Shown in pieces: positions 8,300 through 17,497 of a stretch of DNA of 27,711 bases; the first letter of the stretch is position 1, and each line of letters starts with the position of its first letter. Source of the DNA: a virus. Lineage: Duplodnaviria; Caudoviricetes. The position numbers and the translations under genes were made by a program. The DNA lies in IMG/VR virus record IMGVR_UViG_3300011335_000269, positions 1 through 27,711 of that record; one strand, written 5' to 3'. The notes below the pieces were generated by a model, which searched no databases, was not told where the DNA came from, and worked only from the letters and a program-made list of their open reading frames with translations.

Positions 8300-9006
8300 T
8301 ATGTCTTCCCCCAACGATTCACGAGGAGCAGGAGGAACCACAGATACAGGAGGAATATAGTAGTCCCGATTAGGTACACTGACTTTGCCTGAAGGTTTCT
8401 TTTTGCCTCCCGCTGTTGCCATTGTTTGTACCTCTGCTGTGCTTCTTGTTTTAGCCTTGCCTGCTCCTGCTCCTGACCAATAATCTCCCGCATCTCAAAC
8501 ACTCCGCTGTACAGCGCACCCAACTCGGGTGGGGATTGGTACACCATCGTTTCCCTGACCGTCACTATCAACGCCGCCATCTGCTGCTGCGCCATCACTC
8601 TTTGCAATGCAGCTTCCATTAAGTTGGCATCAGGGTCATAGACGTTTTTGGACTTTTCTTCTGCCTCCCGGATGTGAGTTGCTAGTTGTTCTTCAAGCCT
8701 AAACAGCTTTGTAAGCTGAGTGACGATGTCTGCCATGACTTGGGTTTCGTCAACGGCAACGTAGGCTTCCTTCTTTTTCTCCACAGGCTTTGACGATTTT
8801 CCCTGTGAGACAGGTGCAGCACTTGCACCAAACATTTCTCCCAGCTTTGCCCAGAAACCCCTAACCTCTTTTGCGATTCCAACGACTTCGTTAACAGTGC
8901 TTTTGACTTCCATGAAGGAAGTCTTAGCTTGCTTGTACAGCTTACAGCCTTCTTTAATTGCGGCGACACAGGCATTAGCAGCAAAGAGAAGGCTGATTGG
9001 ATCAAT
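8299..9006 (-). CDS. Coiled-coil membrane protein with C-terminal TM (about 235 aa, probable ATT start)
   Basis: Frame open 31 codons upstream of the ATG at 8913 to ATT at 9006; AGGAG 6 nt upstream; gives MDPISLLFAANACVAAIKEG...; C-terminal VYLIGTTIFLLYLWFLLLLV. Confidence 0.6.
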   Translation of the reverse strand: MDPISLLFAANACVAAIKEGCKLYKQAKTSFMEVKSTVNEVVGIAKEVRGFWAKLGEMFGASAAPVSQGKSSKPVEKKKEAYVAVDETQVMADIVTQLTKLFRLEEQLATHIREAEEKSKNVYDPDANLMEAALQRVMAQQQMAALIVTVRETMVYQSPPELGALYSGVFEMREIIGQEQEQARLKQEAQQRYKQWQQREAKRNLQAKSVYLIGTTIFLLYLWFLLLLVNRWGKT

Positions 9007-9007
9007 T

Positions 9008-9241
9008 TCACACTCCTAGCTGCTTTTTGATAATTAGATACATTACGTTTGCCTTTTTTTGCTCTAGCTTTTCCGAGGCCAATAATGACTCTAGTTTTTG
9101 GCAAAAATCTGTTAGATCCGCATCGCCACTAGATTTAATATGCTCTATGGCAAGAGTGTAGTTATCAATATTTATTTGATAACCCATGATTTCTTGTTCC
9201 CTTGCAACAAGTGCGCCGTTAAGAATTTCTTGTTTGTTCAT
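9008..9241 (-). CDS. Hypothetical helical protein (77 aa)
   Basis: ATG with AAGG upstream; fills the gap between propeller and lysis genes. Confidence 0.65.
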   Translation of the reverse strand: MNKQEILNGALVAREQEIMGYQINIDNYTLAIEHIKSSGDADLTDFCQKLESLLASEKLEQKKANVMYLIIKKQLGV

Positions 9242-9256
9242 ATACGCCTTTAAAAA

Positions 9257-10294
9257 TTAACGTCTAAAAGCAACACCAGAACCATTACCGGTAGGCAAGG
9301 TAGCAGGGTTAGAATATTTTGCACCAAAACCAGAATTCCAAGGGTAGGCAGATATATATGGCGATGAGCTATGGGCAACTGCTATGATTGGTCCTGATGG
9401 ACTAAATGAAACGGAATTGCCATCATTGGTCGGTGGAGTAGCTGGATCGGCGTATTTAGTTCCAAATCCAGATCCGGATACCCAAGGGTAAACAAATATA
9501 TTTGGTAATGAAGTGCCTGTAGCTGCTATGTCATTTCCGGATGGACTAAAAGCAACGCTACCACAAAAACCAGCGGGTAACGTGGCTGGATCGGCGTATT
9601 TAGTCCCAAAACCAGATGACCAAGGATAAACCAATATATTGGGCGTACCACCATAACTTGTAACTGCTAAATCAGCTCCGGATGGGCTAAACGCAACACC
9701 GCCACCGATAGAAGTAGGTAAAGTGGCTGGATTGGCATATTTAGTTCCAAAACCAGATGACCAAGGATAAACAGATATAAATGGTGATGAAGCATGGGTA
9801 ACTGCTATGTCATTCCCTGATGGGCTAAAAGCAACGGTAATACCATCACCTGCTGGCAAAGTAGCTGGATCGGCGTATTTGGTGCCAAATCCAGACCCGT
9901 ACACCCAAGGATAAGCAGCTATATTTGGAGATAAACCAAGGGTAAGTGCTATGTCATTTCCGGATGGACTAAAAGCTACACCCTCACTATTGCTGGTAAA
10001 TATTCCAACTGGATTGGCATATTTAGTTCCAAATCCAGATACCACGCTAAACGGATAAACGGATATATAAGGCGAAGTATTATGAACAACTGCCAGATCA
10101 GCCCCTGATGGACTAAATGCAACGCCATTGCCATTGCCGGTAGGTAAAGTGGCTGGATCGGCATATTTAGCGCCAAAACCCGATGCCGCGTCAAACGGAT
10201 AAACAGATATATAAGGCGATACTGCATGGGAAACCGCAATAGTCACAGATTGATTTTGACTATTCATGTAAATTGATTGCTGTGCGCCGCTCAT
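9257..10294 (-). CDS. Seven-repeat beta-propeller (WD40-like), putative receptor-binding/tail-associated protein (345 aa)
   Basis: Seven repeats of about 46-48 aa: IAV...SP(Y/N)I.vYPW.[14 protein letters not shown]....gVAFSPSG; start ATG 10294 overlaps the fibre stop (ATGA). Confidence 0.8.
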   Translation of the reverse strand: MSGAQQSIYMNSQNQSVTIAVSHAVSPYISVYPFDAASGFGAKYADPATLPTGNGNGVAFSPSGADLAVVHNTSPYISVYPFSVVSGFGTKYANPVGIFTSNSEGVAFSPSGNDIALTLGLSPNIAAYPWVYGSGFGTKYADPATLPAGDGITVAFSPSGNDIAVTHASSPFISVYPWSSGFGTKYANPATLPTSIGGGVAFSPSGADLAVTSYGGTPNILVYPWSSGFGTKYADPATLPAGFCGSVAFSPSGNDIAATGTSLPNIFVYPWVSGSGFGTKYADPATPPTNDGNSVSFSPSGPIIAVAHSSSPYISAYPWNSGFGAKYSNPATLPTGNGSGVAFRR

Positions 10295-12147
10295 GTCAAT
10301 CCACTCCCTGAAATAATCCAATTGGTTGAAGTGATTTTTAACGCAGTTGCAGACCCATACTGCGCCAAAGTTCTAGACCCTGTTGTGCCAAAAGCAACTA
10401 AATACATAGTGTCGGAATTAATTGCAATTGTCACCGCTTGAGATGTCATGTTGATAAAAGTAATGGCTGTTCCCAATGGATACGCAACACTTGCGTTTGC
10501 TGGTATGGTGAATGTGCGAGCATTGGCATCAGTTGATGGATGCAAAATACATTTACCCGAATCAGATAGCACCAATGTATAAGCAGCAGATTGTGAGTTA
10601 ATAGGCACATTCCTAAACCCAACTGAGTCCGTTCCATCAGCCGTGCAGCTGCTTAAATTACCGGATGCCGGTGTTCCAAGAGCTGGCGTTACAAGAGTTG
10701 GCGAGGTGGCAAACACTAAAGAACCAGAGCCAGTCTCGTCTGTTACTGCCGAAGCAAGATTGGCAGAAGAAGGTGTTCCCAACCAAGTTGCCACACCAGC
10801 GCCAAAACTTGTAATTCCTGTACCCCCATTAGAAACACCCAATGTTCCGGTTACGCCGGTAGTTAAAGGCAAACCGGTAACGTTGGTCATTACGCCAGAG
10901 GCAGGCGTTCCAAGTGCGGGAGTTGTCAGTGTTGGGCTGGTTAGCGTTTTATTGGTAAATGTTTCTGTTCCAGCCAAAGTCGCCAATGTTCCCGTTGTTG
11001 GGAACGTGACATTTGTAATACCTGTTAGTGTTCTGGTATACGCAAAATTGCCAGAACTTGTGACCGTTGCCGCTGCGTTATTTGCAACACCCGTTCCGCC
11101 GGATGCTGGCCCAAAAGGTGTAGATACTGTTACCGTGGTAAACGCTCCGGCAGCAGGAGATGAGCCGCCAATCGCAGTGCCATCAATCGTGCCGCCATTG
11201 ATGTCAGTAGTGGTCAATACAGTGGAGGCTAACGTCACTACCCCTGTGCTGTTAGCAATAGACCCAGCCGCCGTTCCATCCTTAGCTTTTAGGTTTGTGA
11301 CCTCTAAATTGGTAGTGTCTACAGTGGTAAAGTTACCAGTGGTAATGTTTCCAGTAGTGCTGGATAAAGTGGTAATTGTCACAACACCAGTAGCATCGGC
11401 AATACTTCCCGCAGCCGTACCATCTTTGGCCTTTAGGTTTGTAACCTCTATGTTTGTGGTGTCTACGGTCGTAGCATTTACGGTCGTAGCATTTACGGTG
11501 GTAATGTTGCCAGTTGTTGCCCCAAGAGTTGTAAATGTTCCAGCAACGGGGGTAGCACCACCAATAATGGTGTTGTCAATCGTGCCGCCGTTGATATCTG
11601 AGGTGGTTAAAACAGTAGAGGCTAAAGTTACAACACCTGTGCTATTGGCAATAGATCCAGCAGATGTTCCGTCTTTGGCTTTGATGTTTGTAACTTCAAT
11701 ATTTGTTGCATCTAAGGTGGTAAAGTTTCCAATCCCGTTCTGATTGGCTATCTTTACAAAGTCAGATCCGTTCCATGCTACTGTTGCATACTCGCCTTGA
11801 ACAAGCGTTACGCCGGTAGTTGGCCCAGCGCCACGAATTACAATAGACTGCGCCGCTGTTGCGTTATTAATGACTATGTACGCCTTAGAGCGAGCTGGGG
11901 CCGTAATGTTCCTTGTTGTTGTGCCAGAGGCAGTAGCCCAGACAATAATTGCTTGTCTTGTCTCATTTGTAGCCCCATCTGTATCTGAGAGGGTAATATC
12001 AGCATCTGCTGTGATGGTTGTTGTCCCAGCTACCGCAGAGTCAAGTAAAGTGGTTATCTCATCGTTTACTGTTGTCCCCCAGGTACCTGAAAGCTCGCCA
12101 GAAACTGGAAGGGCCAGACCTAATAGTGATGTGTATCCTGTTGCCAT
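10291..12147 (-). CDS. Tail fibre protein (618 aa)
   Basis: N-terminus [24 protein letters not shown]; Thr/Gly-rich repeats [48 protein letters not shown]; C-terminal [10 protein letters not shown]. Confidence 0.8.
   Translation of the reverse strand: MATGYTSLLGLALPVSGELSGTWGTTVNDEITTLLDSAVAGTTTITADADITLSDTDGATNETRQAIIVWATASGTTTRNITAPARSKAYIVINNATAAQSIVIRGAGPTTGVTLVQGEYATVAWNGSDFVKIANQNGIGNFTTLDATNIEVTNIKAKDGTSAGSIANSTGVVTLASTVLTTSDINGGTIDNTIIGGATPVAGTFTTLGATTGNITTVNATTVNATTVDTTNIEVTNLKAKDGTAAGSIADATGVVTITTLSSTTGNITTGNFTTVDTTNLEVTNLKAKDGTAAGSIANSTGVVTLASTVLTTTDINGGTIDGTAIGGSSPAAGAFTTVTVSTPFGPASGGTGVANNAAATVTSSGNFAYTRTLTGITNVTFPTTGTLATLAGTETFTNKTLTSPTLTTPALGTPASGVMTNVTGLPLTTGVTGTLGVSNGGTGITSFGAGVATWLGTPSSANLASAVTDETGSGSLVFATSPTLVTPALGTPASGNLSSCTADGTDSVGFRNVPINSQSAAYTLVLSDSGKCILHPSTDANARTFTIPANASVAYPLGTAITFINMTSQAVTIAINSDTMYLVAFGTTGSRTLAQYGSATALKITSTNWIISGSGLT
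11133..11721 (-). repeat. Three coding repeats in the tail fibre shaft
   Basis: TT(L/V)D(A/T)TN(I/L)EVTN(I/L)KAKDGT(S/A)AGSIA(N/D)(S/A)TGVVT x3, plus an exact 15-nt tandem at about 11464-11499 ([10 protein letters not shown]). Confidence 0.85.
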
Positions 12148-12159
12148 TTTTGTTCCTTA

Positions 12160-14790
12160 TTAATTAATGTCTGTCCATCCCGGCGTTTGAGAGTCATCAA
12201 TATCTGTCCATCCCGGCGTTTGTGGGTTGGTGATATTTTGCCACGATGGTGACTGACTGTCATCTATCAGATTCCACAGGTACGCCCCCAAAATCAAATC
12301 AGAAGCAACAAGTGACTCAACAATAGGTGGGTTATAAATACTGCCGGGTGGAGATACGGAATCTATGAGCACAACCGCCTCTTGTACGGGGGCGCTGAAT
12401 GTAGATGCAGCTACGCTTGTAGAATCGGTAACCGCAAAAGTCTCAGATACCGGAGCATTAAATGTTGACGCAGCTACAAGTGCGGAATCCGTAAAGACCG
12501 CAGCCTCAGATGCTTGCGTATTAAATATTGGCGCAGCCAAAATAGAATCCACGACAATAGATATTTCACTCACCGGGGCGTTAAAAACAGAAGAAGCCAC
12601 GCTTATGGATTCGGTAGCTATTGCACTTTCAGAAATAGTTCCAGCAACTGCGTTGCTGGTAAAGTCCCAACCTGTATTGTTTCCATTATTTACATTTCCG
12701 TTACTAAAAAAAGACTGCCAAGCTGCGCCACCCGTAGCGCTTGACCGGCTAATCGAGCAGAACGAAACAGACACAGTACCGCTTGCCTTGGATAGCGTGT
12801 GGCTTGCGGCAGTCGCAGAGCCAATGGTTATCAAGTTCCCTGATGTACCTGACAGAGAAAACCCAGACAAAAACGTGTTTGTTGTCCCTGCTGTGAACAA
12901 GACTGTCGCTGGCTGAACTGTATTGGTAATGTTATTAAATGTGTTTGAGCCTGTGATAGTCAATGCACCAGCACCACCTTGGTTGAGTGTGCAATTAAAC
13001 GTAGACCCACCACCCACAAATGTCTTAGTAGATGCAGAAGTCATAGAAATTAAGCCTGTGCCTGTTCCTGCCGTTGTTGTGAAGTTGGTGAATGAGGCAT
13101 TGTTGAATGCGGTTGTGCCTGAGCCCGAACAAACCAATGTCCCGCCATTAAATGTTAAGTTTTTTGTGCCTGCGGCGGTTAAGAGTCTTGTCGTGTTTGT
13201 AAGAGTAAACCCTGCCAAATTAAGCGTCCCGTTGGTTAGCGTTGTTATCTGGGTTTGTCCGGCATCCGCAAGTGTTGTTGTAATCCCAGCGCCATTTATA
13301 GTTAAATTGCCAGTTGCTCTGCCAGTGTGCGTTAAAGTACCATCACCAACTATAGTAAAAGTAGCGGATGAATATGTTCCACCTGAAGCCAAAGTAAAGC
13401 CATGACAAGAAACAGTCACGATGCCAATACTTGAAGTTGACCCTGTAAAATTTATTTGTCTAAATGAGCCTGTAAATGTTGGAACTGATGAGCCTGATAT
13501 TGTATTAACATTTAACCGATTAGAAGTTGTTGCGCCAGCCGTTCCGCCAAAGTTAAACGTTCTTGTAACAGACATTGCCGCGCTAATATTTGATGTCCCA
13601 GTAAACGTAAAGTTTGTGGCAGTTGCCATTGCCAATACTGTTGTGGCGGCTGTTGTTGTTGTTGGAACAATTGAACCTGTAGTGCCAAACGCTATAGAAC
13701 GTGTATTAGAGTTATCCGAAGAAAAAATGCCTGTGCTTAATGTGAAATTACCTAAATCTAATGTGCCGTTTGTTAACGTAGTAGTTCTTGTTGCTCCTAC
13801 AGTCATTGCATCTTGAAGCTGCCAAGTTCCGCCTACGCCATTAAACGTAACAGAAAAATTTATGAGTCTTCCGTTTGTAGTAATGGTTTTTGTACCGCTT
13901 GTTGCGCCAAACGTTAATATATTCACGGATCCGGCTGTGACCATTCCAGTGGAAAGTGTTAAATTTCCATAAATAATTCCAGGGGTCGTCTGAAGATTTA
14001 ACGAAGAGCCAGTAAAGTTTACATTTCTTGCTGTATGCCCAGAAGTTAAAAACGTCAACGTATAATTACCACCGGTAAAGTTAAAACTGATAGAGTTTGC
14101 CTCTGACATTGCGCCGGGCGATACAGTAACGCTATTTAATCCAGCATATGTTACGTTAGCTACTTGAGTTCCTGTTGTTGTTAGTCCTGTAACTGTTGAT
14201 GTATCCCACACAGTGCCAAAACTGGTGCAAGTAATATTTCCTGTACCAAAAGCAATACTTCTAGTGTTTAAGAAGTTTGAATTAAAAGTTGAGCATGTCA
14301 ATGTAAAATTATTTAAATCCAATGATCCTCTTACAACAAATGCAAAAGTACAAGTTAATGCTCCTTGCAATTGCCAAGCCCCGCCAACGCCATCAAAACC
14401 AACATTGGTGTTAAGTGGAAAAGAAACGCCATTAGTTGTTACAGTTTTACCAGTTGTTGTGGCGGCAAATGTGGTTGCGCCAGTATATGTAGGGGTAAAG
14501 TTTGTGGCTTGAAAAGTAAGACTGCCTGATACTGTCAACCCAATGCCTGTACCCGCAAGAGTCATTGCTCCATCAAGACCTGACGCTGTAAAGTCATTAC
14601 AAACCCTTGGCGTGTTAGCCATAGTGACTGTAAATGGATTAGTTCCTACGTTTGAGTTTGCATTAAAAAATACGTTATCTGCCGCAGTAGGGACAGATGC
14701 ACCCCCACCCCCACCTGATGTAGCAGACCAGTTAGCGGTGTTGCCGCCACTCCAAGTGCCTGTGCCACCTACCCAATAGCGATCAGCCAT
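12160..14790 (-). CDS. Large beta-helix-like fibre/adhesin protein (876 aa)
   Basis: MADRYWVGGTGTW...WSATSGG...VPTAADNVFF; Thr/Gly/Asn-rich repeats (GTLDLGNFTL); about 21-aa acidic repeats and Trp repeats at the C-terminus. Confidence 0.75.
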   Translation of the reverse strand: MADRYWVGGTGTWSGGNTANWSATSGGGGGASVPTAADNVFFNANSNVGTNPFTVTMANTPRVCNDFTASGLDGAMTLAGTGIGLTVSGSLTFQATNFTPTYTGATTFAATTTGKTVTTNGVSFPLNTNVGFDGVGGAWQLQGALTCTFAFVVRGSLDLNNFTLTCSTFNSNFLNTRSIAFGTGNITCTSFGTVWDTSTVTGLTTTGTQVANVTYAGLNSVTVSPGAMSEANSISFNFTGGNYTLTFLTSGHTARNVNFTGSSLNLQTTPGIIYGNLTLSTGMVTAGSVNILTFGATSGTKTITTNGRLINFSVTFNGVGGTWQLQDAMTVGATRTTTLTNGTLDLGNFTLSTGIFSSDNSNTRSIAFGTTGSIVPTTTTAATTVLAMATATNFTFTGTSNISAAMSVTRTFNFGGTAGATTSNRLNVNTISGSSVPTFTGSFRQINFTGSTSSIGIVTVSCHGFTLASGGTYSSATFTIVGDGTLTHTGRATGNLTINGAGITTTLADAGQTQITTLTNGTLNLAGFTLTNTTRLLTAAGTKNLTFNGGTLVCSGSGTTAFNNASFTNFTTTAGTGTGLISMTSASTKTFVGGGSTFNCTLNQGGAGALTITGSNTFNNITNTVQPATVLFTAGTTNTFLSGFSLSGTSGNLITIGSATAASHTLSKASGTVSVSFCSISRSSATGGAAWQSFFSNGNVNNGNNTGWDFTSNAVAGTISESAIATESISVASSVFNAPVSEISIVVDSILAAPIFNTQASEAAVFTDSALVAASTFNAPVSETFAVTDSTSVAASTFSAPVQEAVVLIDSVSPPGSIYNPPIVESLVASDLILGAYLWNLIDDSQSPSWQNITNPQTPGWTDIDDSQTPGWTDIN

Positions 14791-14954
14791 TAGACCTCCT
14801 CAGTAGGAGGTGCAGTAATTACGGCAATCCAATTATCAAACCTTTGCTGTTTCATGGCTTCAATCTCAGCATCTGTAAACGAATGATCGTCTTCTAAATG
14901 CAGAGCATCTGAAAATGTGCCGTACTGAGATGAAAAAGAAAAATTAATTTTCAT
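14790..14954 (-). CDS. Small hypothetical protein (54 aa), not in the ORF track
   Basis: MKINFSFSSQYGTFSDALHLEDDHSFTDAEIEAMKQQRFDNWIAVITAPPTEEV; TAA overlaps the next ATG and its 3' end supplies the GAGGAGG RBS. Confidence 0.75.
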   Translation of the reverse strand: MKINFSFSSQYGTFSDALHLEDDHSFTDAEIEAMKQQRFDNWIAVITAPPTEEV

Positions 14955-14966
14955 TACTCATTCCCG

Positions 14967-15548
14967 TTACGGAGTTCCATCTAAGCTAAAGGTGTATGTC
15001 ACGTTAAGCACATCTCCAGAGACAACAACCCGATCACCGGGAGATTGAAAATCCGAAGCAGAAAATAAAATCCCTGATGTACCAGTGGCTACGCTTGCTA
15101 GAAAAGCTCCGGCTACTGTGCCGCCAGCACCACTGATGGTAAAAGATGCGGGGGATGCGCTATTGTCAATTACAGATGGATCCGCCGTTGTCGCAGTGCC
15201 AAATACAGCAGCTTTGCGGTTACCTCCATAATTGGTAAATTCAGTCCAGCCAGCATGTGAGGCCAATGTATCAGCAGCAGCAATCGTAGTTCCAGACCCC
15301 GGCCCAGTGATTAAGCCAACATACCATGTGGTTGTCTGTGTTGCAGCATCCAAATAAGCTGCCACCATATTTTGCAGTCCTTCATTGACCACAAGGTTAT
15401 GAGACTCTTCTGTCCACTTAACTTTACCGTCAGCACTAATGCACTCAACACGATAAACGCCGCCAGCTCTTGCTTTCGCAGTTGGTCGAACTCCACCCAA
15501 TAAACCAGCAACTACTTTGTCCGTTGGCTTTGTAATTTCATGTGACAT
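14967..15548 (-). CDS. Virion structural protein (193 aa), probable fibre-docking protein
   Basis: AAGGAG RBS; NLVVNEG, WYVGLI, GDVLNVTYTFSL beta-rich pattern; precedes fibre genes. Confidence 0.6.
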   Translation of the reverse strand: MSHEITKPTDKVVAGLLGGVRPTAKARAGGVYRVECISADGKVKWTEESHNLVVNEGLQNMVAAYLDAATQTTTWYVGLITGPGSGTTIAAADTLASHAGWTEFTNYGGNRKAAVFGTATTADPSVIDNSASPASFTISGAGGTVAGAFLASVATGTSGILFSASDFQSPGDRVVVSGDVLNVTYTFSLDGTP

Positions 15549-15578
15549 GGAAACTCCTTCAATAACAAAATTTTTTTT

Positions 15579-16001
15579 TCAATTTGAACTACGAATAAGC
15601 GCTTCTGTTGCTGTGTTTGTTGGCATTGTGATTAAAAATGTTCCGCTTGATGTCGATGTTTTGTCAGCTCCAAAATCTAAAACAGCAACAGATTTGTTAC
15701 CCTGAGTAACGTTATAAATTAAAGCACATCGTGCAGTTATGGCTCCAGTCCAAGACACATTGGGAAACCCAACATACGCTGTATAACCAGAACTGTTAAC
15801 TGTTATTGGAGACAAAATAGACCCACCAGCCACATAGTTGCCGCCGGTAGCCTCGCTGGTAGTTGAATAAGTAGTGGTGTCGGCGTTTAAATTTGCATTG
15901 GCTGTGTACAAAGCAATTTTAATTACGTCTGTTGTCAGATCATGAACACCCTGATACAGCTCCGCTTTGAAACTTGTGGTTTGAGTTTGAACAATTGTCA
16001 T
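15579..16001 (-). CDS. Virion structural protein (140 aa)
   Basis: TSFKAEL...HDL..D.IKIALYT...ARCALIYN...VAVLDFGADKTST pattern common in phage tail modules; ATGA overlap. Confidence 0.65.
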   Translation of the reverse strand: MTIVQTQTTSFKAELYQGVHDLTTDVIKIALYTANANLNADTTTYSTTSEATGGNYVAGGSILSPITVNSSGYTAYVGFPNVSWTGAITARCALIYNVTQGNKSVAVLDFGADKTSTSSGTFLITMPTNTATEALIRSSN

Positions 16002-16669
16002 ACAACAGGGTTCCTAACTTGTCCATCACGATATGCATCCATCCGTTGTTTGCCATCGCCCAAGTTCTTGAGCAGGAACATAGCTTCTTCATACCTTGAC
16101 TTGTACAAAGCAACTAGGTCTAACTCGCCCTTCATGTAGGTAATGGCTTCCATCATTGTTCCGGAAAAAAGAGCAATGTCAAAGTTATCACCCAGCCAAG
16201 AGTGGCCATCAACTGAGTCAACGATTGACTCAGGATAATAGTAGAAATGTAGCTCTACACTGTATGTGGCATCAGGTGTTGGACCAAGCATAAAAGATAA
16301 CTCTGTTACAGCGCTTGATTGAGGCCCAAAAATAGCATAGTGTTTTGGTTTTCCGCGATACGCGGCAGCCGTATTAGGATACGCCTCACGCATGAAGTTT
16401 ACGTCTTTATTGATCAAATAAAGATATTCGCCCCCGCTAATTACAGCCAATGAGTAAGCCGACAAAAAATCACTAGGCGCAGCTAAATATGGATTCCCAG
16501 CAGTAATGCTACCGGTCATATTTTTTCGTAAATTGGCAATTTGAACAGAGTTATAGATGCGCTGCTCAGCCTGCCGGATCATCGTATCCATATCCGGCTG
16601 GGCCGGAGTATTTAAAAACGTGTTTTCACAGTAATCTGAAACAGCGGTGACCAGTTCATCGTATGTCAT
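15998..16669 (-). CDS. Head-tail adaptor / tail tubular protein A-like (223 aa)
   Basis: MTYDELVTAVSDY...IRQAEQRI, G.PKHYA, GPTPDATYSVELHFY, helical C-terminus; GAGG RBS. Confidence 0.7.
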   Translation of the reverse strand: MTYDELVTAVSDYCENTFLNTPAQPDMDTMIRQAEQRIYNSVQIANLRKNMTGSITAGNPYLAAPSDFLSAYSLAVISGGEYLYLINKDVNFMREAYPNTAAAYRGKPKHYAIFGPQSSAVTELSFMLGPTPDATYSVELHFYYYPESIVDSVDGHSWLGDNFDIALFSGTMMEAITYMKGELDLVALYKSRYEEAMFLLKNLGDGKQRMDAYRDGQVRNPVV

Positions 16670-16676
16670 GTAAACC

Positions 16677-16934
16677 TCAAGCCATCGGGCCTCTAGACAT
16701 CACACCCTTTGTGGCTGCACCAGTGCCGCGCATCTTAATGCCGTCGGTCTTGGTGGCTGGGTAATTTCCCTTACTAATACCGCCAACTGACGGGTTCATT
16801 TGGGTCATGAATTGCGCACCACTCTCTGTTGGCACATCTGTCTTAGCAGCGCCACCAGACATAGTATGGGGCTTTGCATAGACGCGGGCATCACCAACTT
16901 CTTTACCCATTCGTTTGTCGCTAAACTTGGCCAT
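16677..16934 (-). CDS. Small basic Lys/Gly/Met-rich protein (85 aa)
   Basis: TAATG coupling; GIKMRGTGAATKG...SRGPMA. Confidence 0.7.
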   Translation of the reverse strand: MAKFSDKRMGKEVGDARVYAKPHTMSGGAAKTDVPTESGAQFMTQMNPSVGGISKGNYPATKTDGIKMRGTGAATKGVMSRGPMA

Positions 16935-17098
16935 TACTTGCTCCCTTGATTTTTAGCGCGGGCCATATTGCGCCCAACAGCTTTCATTTGGTCAGTGGTC
17001 ACACCGCCTTTTGCCATTTTGTGCATACGGCCTTCGTGACCCTTCACTATTTTTTTGGCCTCAACATCAGCAATTCTTTTCACTTGTTTCTTGTCCAT
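16934..17098 (-). CDS. Small basic protein (54 aa), not in the ORF track
   Basis: AGGAG RBS; MDKKQVKRIADVEAKKIVKGHEGRMHKMAKGGVTTDQMKAVGRNMARAKNQGSK; stop overlaps the next ATG. Confidence 0.75.
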   Translation of the reverse strand: MDKKQVKRIADVEAKKIVKGHEGRMHKMAKGGVTTDQMKAVGRNMARAKNQGSK

Positions 17099-17107
17099 TT
17101 TTAACTC

Positions 17108-17497
17108 CTATGTTACCGATATAGCGACTGTACCAACACTTGCCGTTGCCACCAAGTAGTTTGGCGTCAAAACGCTGTCAAATTGCTGTGCGCCACCAAC
17201 TGGCGCCCATCCCCATTGAATATCCCGCGATCCACCGGTTGGATATCCGCTCAAGTTAACACCGGCTGCCACATAAGTGGTGTCCGGTCTTGGCTGATAA
17301 ATAGCCTGTGGATCATTGATTGGATACATGCCAAGCTGCAACTGAGGTTGGTCAGGATCCCAACAGGATTGGCAAACCTTCAACTGGTACAGCTTTGTCT
17401 TGATGATTTCAACTTTAAGTTGCTTGAGTTTATATCTCTGCCCGCACCGATCACACTCAGCAATCGAGTATTTACCTGATGCGTATGGCGTTGTCAT
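17108..17497 (-). CDS. Zinc-ribbon-containing protein (129 aa), probably neck-associated
   Basis: CDRC...CQSC pair; coupled (TAATG) to the adaptor gene. Confidence 0.7.
   Translation of the reverse strand: MTTPYASGKYSIAECDRCGQRYKLKQLKVEIIKTKLYQLKVCQSCWDPDQPQLQLGMYPINDPQAIYQPRPDTTYVAAGVNLSGYPTGGSRDIQWGWAPVGGAQQFDSVLTPNYLVATASVGTVAISVT

Noticed and set aside
8682-9104. 140-aa minus-strand ORF as a frameshift partner of the 204-aa ORF
   Set aside because: The 204-aa frame is itself open up to the ATT at 9006, so no shift is needed; this ORF overlaps two better genes
9257-10294. Regularly spaced DNA repeats as a CRISPR array or DGR target
   Set aside because: Repeats are in-frame, degenerate at codon third positions and about 140 nt in period; no cas or reverse transcriptase gene and no adenine-specific template/variable pair seen
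10643-14779. Long plus-strand ORFs (366, 183, 160, 131 aa and others) rich in Val/Pro
   Set aside because: Antisense shadows of Thr/Gly/Asn-rich fibre genes; no RBS or recognisable motifs noted
15549-15580. A/T tract between the 140-aa and 193-aa genes as a terminator
   Set aside because: On the coding strand it is an A-run with no GC-rich hairpin; more likely an unstructured translation enhancer before AAGGAG
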